Origin: Camelus ferus
Lineage: Eukaryota
DNA length: 64,000 bases
NCBI RefSeq assembly: GCF_009834535.1
Contig: NC_045712.1
Coordinates: 25,854,001-25,918,000 of the forward strand
Reading direction: 5' to 3'
Shown piece by piece: positions 48,469 through 64,000 of the stretch (position 1 is the first letter of the stretch; every line of letters begins with the position of its first letter). Both the position numbers and the translations under genes were made by a program. The notes below the pieces were generated by a model, which was not told the DNA's origin, made no database searches, and saw only the letters and a list, made by a program, of their open reading frames with translations.

Positions 48469-49195
48469 CCCTATGCAGTGGAAAGAAGCAGGTTCAGAGG
48501 AGGGTGGGAACTGGCAGGTGGCAGATGGGGTACCTTAACTTCAGGACCTTTCCTGGGCAGTGGTAGCACCTGGGCTGGGCCTGTTTTCAGCCACAGAGCC
48601 TGGTCCTCCTGCTGCTTGGTTGTCTGGCTTCTCCTTTTCTGCCTTCGTCTTCTACCTCCTACGTCTCGGCTGGTGACTAAGCAGCCAGTGAGAGTGAAGG
48701 AAAAGTGAGCACCCTGCTCAGAGTGCCAGCCCTGTGGGCTGGAGCCATGGCTCTTCTCCAGACTGATGATGGAGCCTGGTCCCAGGTCATGGCTGCCTTG
48801 ACCTGGCACCTCCTCAGTGAGGCTACTCTTTTTGTGGGTCTGTATGGCAAGCATCTAGGAGTCTCAGCCAGAATTGGTTGCTGCTACTTGCATTGTTTAT
48901 TCCACCTTCTGAATAGTCTAAGAGTACTCAGGGGTATACCAGGTGATGGTGGGATATTGCTCTGTAGGGTTAGAAGTGTCCCAGGTTGTCGAGCCCTGGC
49001 TGTAACCAAGGAGCAAATTGTTGGTCCTTTGTAGTAATCACTGGTCACCTTCTCGTTAGGCTGTCAGTTCCTTGCTGGAGAATTTGGCCACAAAGAGTTG
49101 CCAAGATAGCTGGGCCAGGAAGAAAGCGCCGTAGCCCTGACCCAGACGCCGTTGCCGAACCCGGGGCACTCTGGCTGTCGACCAAGCGGCTCAAG

Positions 49196-57930
<8,735 letters not shown>

Positions 57931-58184
57931 GCTCGCCTGCAGGCAGCTGCTGTGAGCTGGCCCACCTGCCTACCCGCCAGGCTATGCCTGCCTCTGGTGG
58001 GGACCAACTCTGGGCTTGGGCCTCAGTGTGTGCATCTTAGGGGAGAGGGTGGGACTGTGGCTCCTGCAGGGGCAGAGGATCCTAGGGTGGATATCCATCC
58101 AGCTGTCTGTCCGTTCGTCCTGCTGCTCCGACCTTTGGCCTGGGGCTTAGCCCTGCCCAAACAGCTTCCTGTATTTAAAGTGTT

Positions 58185-58190
58185 AATAAA
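58185..58190 (+). terminator. Proximal USP19 polyadenylation signal (TM-isoform terminal exon)
   Basis: AATAAA about 255 nt after the TM-exon stop codon. Confidence 0.7.
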
Positions 58191-58329
58191 GCGAGACTGT
58201 TCAGGCCCGATCTCGTCTCTCTGTCTCAACGCCGCTGCTGTCTGCACCTGCCTTGGGGCCCTCCCCTGGGTGCCGGGGCTCCAAGCCAGCACCCCCGGGA
58301 TGCCAGGCGGCATACTGGGCAGCCCCCAA

Positions 58330-58477
58330 NNNNNNNNNNNNNNNNNNNNNNNNNNNNNNNNNNNNNNNNNNNNNNNNNNNNNNNNNNNNNNNNNNNNNNN
58401 NNNNNNNNNNNNNNNNNNNNNNNNNNNNNNNNNNNNNNNNNNNNNNNNNNNNNNNNNNNNNNNNNNNNNNNNNNNNN
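58330..58477. other. Assembly gap (148 N), probably hiding the alternative USP19 terminal exon
   Basis: Run of N between the two USP19 poly(A) signals. Confidence 0.9.
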
Positions 58478-58821
58478 CCTGGCTGGTGGGAGGACTGGGC
58501 TTGGAGGATCCCCCACAGAGGGCCAGCTCTTTGCCGCTTCACTTTCTCTAACCCAGAGGACACTGGCTTCATCAATGGGAAGTTGTGGGGTATGATTTGA
58601 GGGTGGAAACCTCACAGGTTGGTACCTCTTTGTCAGCCTGACCTCCCAACCAGTGGGCCTTGGCTTCTCTAGCCACCCCCAGTGCTGCGTGATTTGATTC
58701 TCAGTTGTATCTTCAATTCTTTCTGACTCGCATTATAAACATTTTAATTTTATTCTAAAAATTGTAATTTTTTTTTTTTTGCATTTGGGAAGTGATTGCT
58801 GCTGTTTAAATATATTTTAAA

Positions 58822-58827
58822 AATAAA
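58822..58827 (+). terminator. Distal USP19 polyadenylation signal
   Basis: AATAAA at the end of an AT-rich, 3'UTR-like block (58730-58830). Confidence 0.7.
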
Positions 58828-61579
58828 TGACAAATAAGCAGACTTAGTCACTGTGATGCCCTAGGTGCTGTGGCAACCTCCCCTCCCCATCATTCATTGT
58901 GTTGTGTGTGTGTGTGTTTAAGACCCTGAAAGTGCTCATGCCTGAGGAGAGATGATAAGGTACCAGCTTAGGCCCTTTGGGTCATGAAGCCCCAATGCCA
59001 TCAGCTCTTTGGGGCCTGCCTGCTGCCCTTTGATCCCACTGATTCTGAGTCCCAAATGGAGGCAGCTGTGGTTGGCATCACTGTCAATACCTCACACCCA
59101 AGGGGTGGAGTATACTCCATTAAATTCAAGAAGCTGACAGCATGGGGTTGAAGTTGCAGGCACTGGAGCAGCCTGGGGTTGATAGCCAGATGGGAAGGAC
59201 TTGTTGGGGAACAGGAGGTACTGGGAGAGGGGGACTCTCTCCTTTTCTATTCTCAGGTCTTTTCTGTAGTTTGAGCACAATCTGGATCACTCAGGAGAAC
59301 AGAGCAGGAAAAAAAATGCTGTGGGGAAAGAGGCCCCATTCTAAAAGGACAGGCAGAGAGGACCAGAGCTAATCTTGGCTGACTTCCTGTGGGAGGGAGG
59401 TACGGGTCTTGCCAGGCCATTTCTTCCCTTGAGTCCCTGAGACTTTGGCTTTTGGCAGCTGCCCCAGGCTGTTTACCCACAGTGGGTCTGCAGGCTTGTC
59501 CCAGCCTCAGGGCCTTTGTGACCTTGTACATAAAGCAAAGGCAAATCTTGTGAGAAGCCTAAAGAGACTGCTATAATGCTGCTCCCTCCTCTTTCTAACT
59601 GCTTGGGGTTAGGAGTGGGTGTCTCCAGCTGGAGGGAGATGGGGAGCAAAGGTACTCATGAAGCAGGTGTTCAGGTAAGCCAGAAAGAGTGTAAGGCAAC
59701 CCTAAAGGTCCATCCTTGCCCCCAAGCCTGTGGGATCAGACTTACAAGAAGCTCAGCATGTGGGTCCTGCTAGCACCCCTCAGTCTCAGCTTGCATTAGG
59801 GGTGGTGGTGAGCAAAAGGACCTCGTGGAGAAAGCTAGGCCTGTGACCAATGTTGGCTTTTTTCTATTGGGACAACAGCACAAGGGCCATGTAGGGTTGT
59901 TGGCCATGAAGAGGGGCCAGGAGAGCTGAGTGTGAGGCCCTGCAGTCAAGGGAGAATTACCAAGCTGGGTGTTGGTGCTGGCATACTGCTGAAGGGCCTG
60001 CTAGACATGGGCTGCAACAGGATTGTGCTTGGCTTTCAATGTGTGTAGCCCCAAATATCTGGCCACTGGTGGTCTGCATGTGTTGGATGCACTGACCAAG
60101 GGGCTCTCTCCACCTCTGACCATGGCCCTGCTGCTTCTGAGCCTGCCACATTACCCTTCTGTGGCATTTGCACAGGGCTGCTGTGGCCATCAGTACTGTG
60201 GTCACTACTGCTTCTTTGCTGTCAGTCTGTGCCACCGGGACCTGTCCGTGGGCCTGGCTGCTGGACCCTGCCTCTTAACACGCCACAGCTGGGCCTTCTT
60301 GGTTGCTGCCTGGCTTTTCTTGTTGATTTTTTTTTTCTTGATTTTCCTTAAAGTAGCGCCAGAGGCTTACACAAGCAAGCCTGTCCCCCAGGGCCTGGAC
60401 CCATACAACTTCACGGTTCTGCTCTGTGCAAGTCATAGGGCTCCAGAGGACTGGCTGGCCTGCCACTGCTAATTGTGGCATTCTTGGTCGCACTGGTGGA
60501 GCTACCACCCCATCCTGTGACATGGAACCACAAGGTCAGCACCATGAAGGAACCAGTGAAGAGGTTACAGATAGACCCTGACCCCACTGAGGGGATCATC
60601 ACCAGACCTGCAGGACTCAGTGTTGGTGGTGATGGTGCTGTAATGAATCCTGCAGTGGCATCAGGCACTCTGTTCATCATAGGCACCCTTGTGGTGAGCT
60701 AGGTACTTGCAGCTGTGGACTCAGCACAAGGCTGGTGTGCCTATGGCTCTGCTTCTCGTGCCTGTGTATAGCACCACTGCACTGCATCTCCTGCTTAATG
60801 CCTGCTCCTGGTCTTGGCTGGGCTGGGCATCAGGCTGGAGCTAAGGGGCTATGTGGAGCCAATACACAGGACTGGACCTGGATACTGATGTAATGTGTGG
60901 ACCTGGCCTGTGGTCATGTGGTGCTCAGACATGGACTTGGTCATTAGTGAGATATGGCCACAAAGCAGGACACAGAATAGAGATATAGACTGCAATCAGG
61001 ATTCTGCCCAGTGCTTGAAGGTCCAGGAATATTAGGGACACCAAGTTCTCTAAGACCCTGAGTTTCCATCCCAGATTTGGGGATCTCCTCACCATCCCAC
61101 CATCAGCAGCTCCAGTTCCATAAAGAAAACAGCTTGTATGTCCAGCTTTACCCTGACCTTCCAGTAGGTCCTGGAAGTCCAGTGAGAGACTGTGGGGAGA
61201 CTCCCAAGCACAATAGCCATCATCATGACTATTCTACCTCCTCTGTTCAACCCTTTCCCAATTGCAATAAAATATCCTGTCAAAAACCTGCATATGGATT
61301 TCAAGGTCTAATCTGCTTGTGGTTTTTCTGACATTTGAATACTTTGTTAAGGGGAATAAGTATGCCAGGAGATTTTAAACCAAATCACAGAACTTATGAA
61401 AGGTCCCTCCTGGCCCCAACCCTCCCCTCTCTTGGCCAGGTGTGTGTTCAGGTGGGTATACGAAAAATGTTGGTCTGCTGGGGTCCATCAATGGGCCATT
61501 AAGCATATTCTCTCCGCTGGAGTCTTGAGTGGATTTCCCGGGCTTCAGTTTGCTCATCTGTTTCTAAGACAGCTACAAA

Positions 61580-62005
61580 GCTGTGACGTCAGAAACGCGA
61601 TGTGGACTCACGTTTGTTCCCAAGAACAGAATTGGGTTGGTCCCAAGGTTTCCAGGGCTTAAGAAGAAAAGTCTAAAAGCAAAGGGTCATGCCAGCGTCT
61701 GCCTCCTGCCTCGGTGCTGAACACCTTCCCTCCAGGACCGCGGCAAATCTCCCCTTAAAGCCCCGTCGCCCACTACTCCTTCATGGGACCGGGAGTACGA
61801 AGACGGAAGTGAGGCGCCCGGAAAACCCGGCTGTGATGCCTTCTGCCCTTTAAATGGCGCTGACAACTCTGGAGAGTCCCGCCCCTCCCCCAAGGAAGGA
61901 CACCATTGGCTCTCCCAGACTGTTTCGCTCTCCTATTGGTCAGTGGGCTAATACTCGCATACAGATTGGCCCCAAAGTTTTCTTTCGGTTTCCGGTGTCC
62001 CAGCA
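61580..62005 (+). promoter_or_regulatory. QARS1 promoter (CpG island)
   Basis: Perfect CRE TGACGTCA at 61584, ACGGAAGTG at ~61803, a GC box at ~61878, and ATTGG at 61905, 61935 and 61965. Confidence 0.8.

Positions 62006-64000
<1,995 letters not shown>

Overview
Mammalian genomic DNA syntenic to human 3p21.31, read in the opposite orientation. There are no Alu, B1/B2, Bov-tA or PRE1 SINEs, and one short L1 3' end resembles camelid-type elements, so the species assignment is an inference. Gene order: C3orf84/CIMIP7 (+, 5' part outside the window), KLHDC8B (-), CCDC71 (+), a nearly full-length decayed LAMB2-like pseudogene (+, ~20.3-33.65 kb), intact LAMB2 (+, 32 coding exons, 1801 aa by my exon sum), USP19 (+, two N-gaps) and the 5' part of QARS1 (+). 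I assembled exons by hand from splice sites and frame continuity; most short ORFs in the supplied track are noise. Best leads: (1) the LAMB2L fossil keeps LAMB2's exon architecture from the LN domain to the C-terminal Y-x-T-C. It has an extra phase-0 exon absent from LAMB2 with a putative furin site, and one exon about 88% identical to LAMB2 (possible gene conversion). (2) A nuclear-receptor motif cluster lies between the fossil and LAMB2. (3) USP19 has a likely AUA-initiated N-terminal extension. (4) KLHDC8B and CCDC71 have uORF-loaded leaders. (5) CCDC71 has an in-frame Ala/Lys tandem array followed by an AT-hook-like motif.
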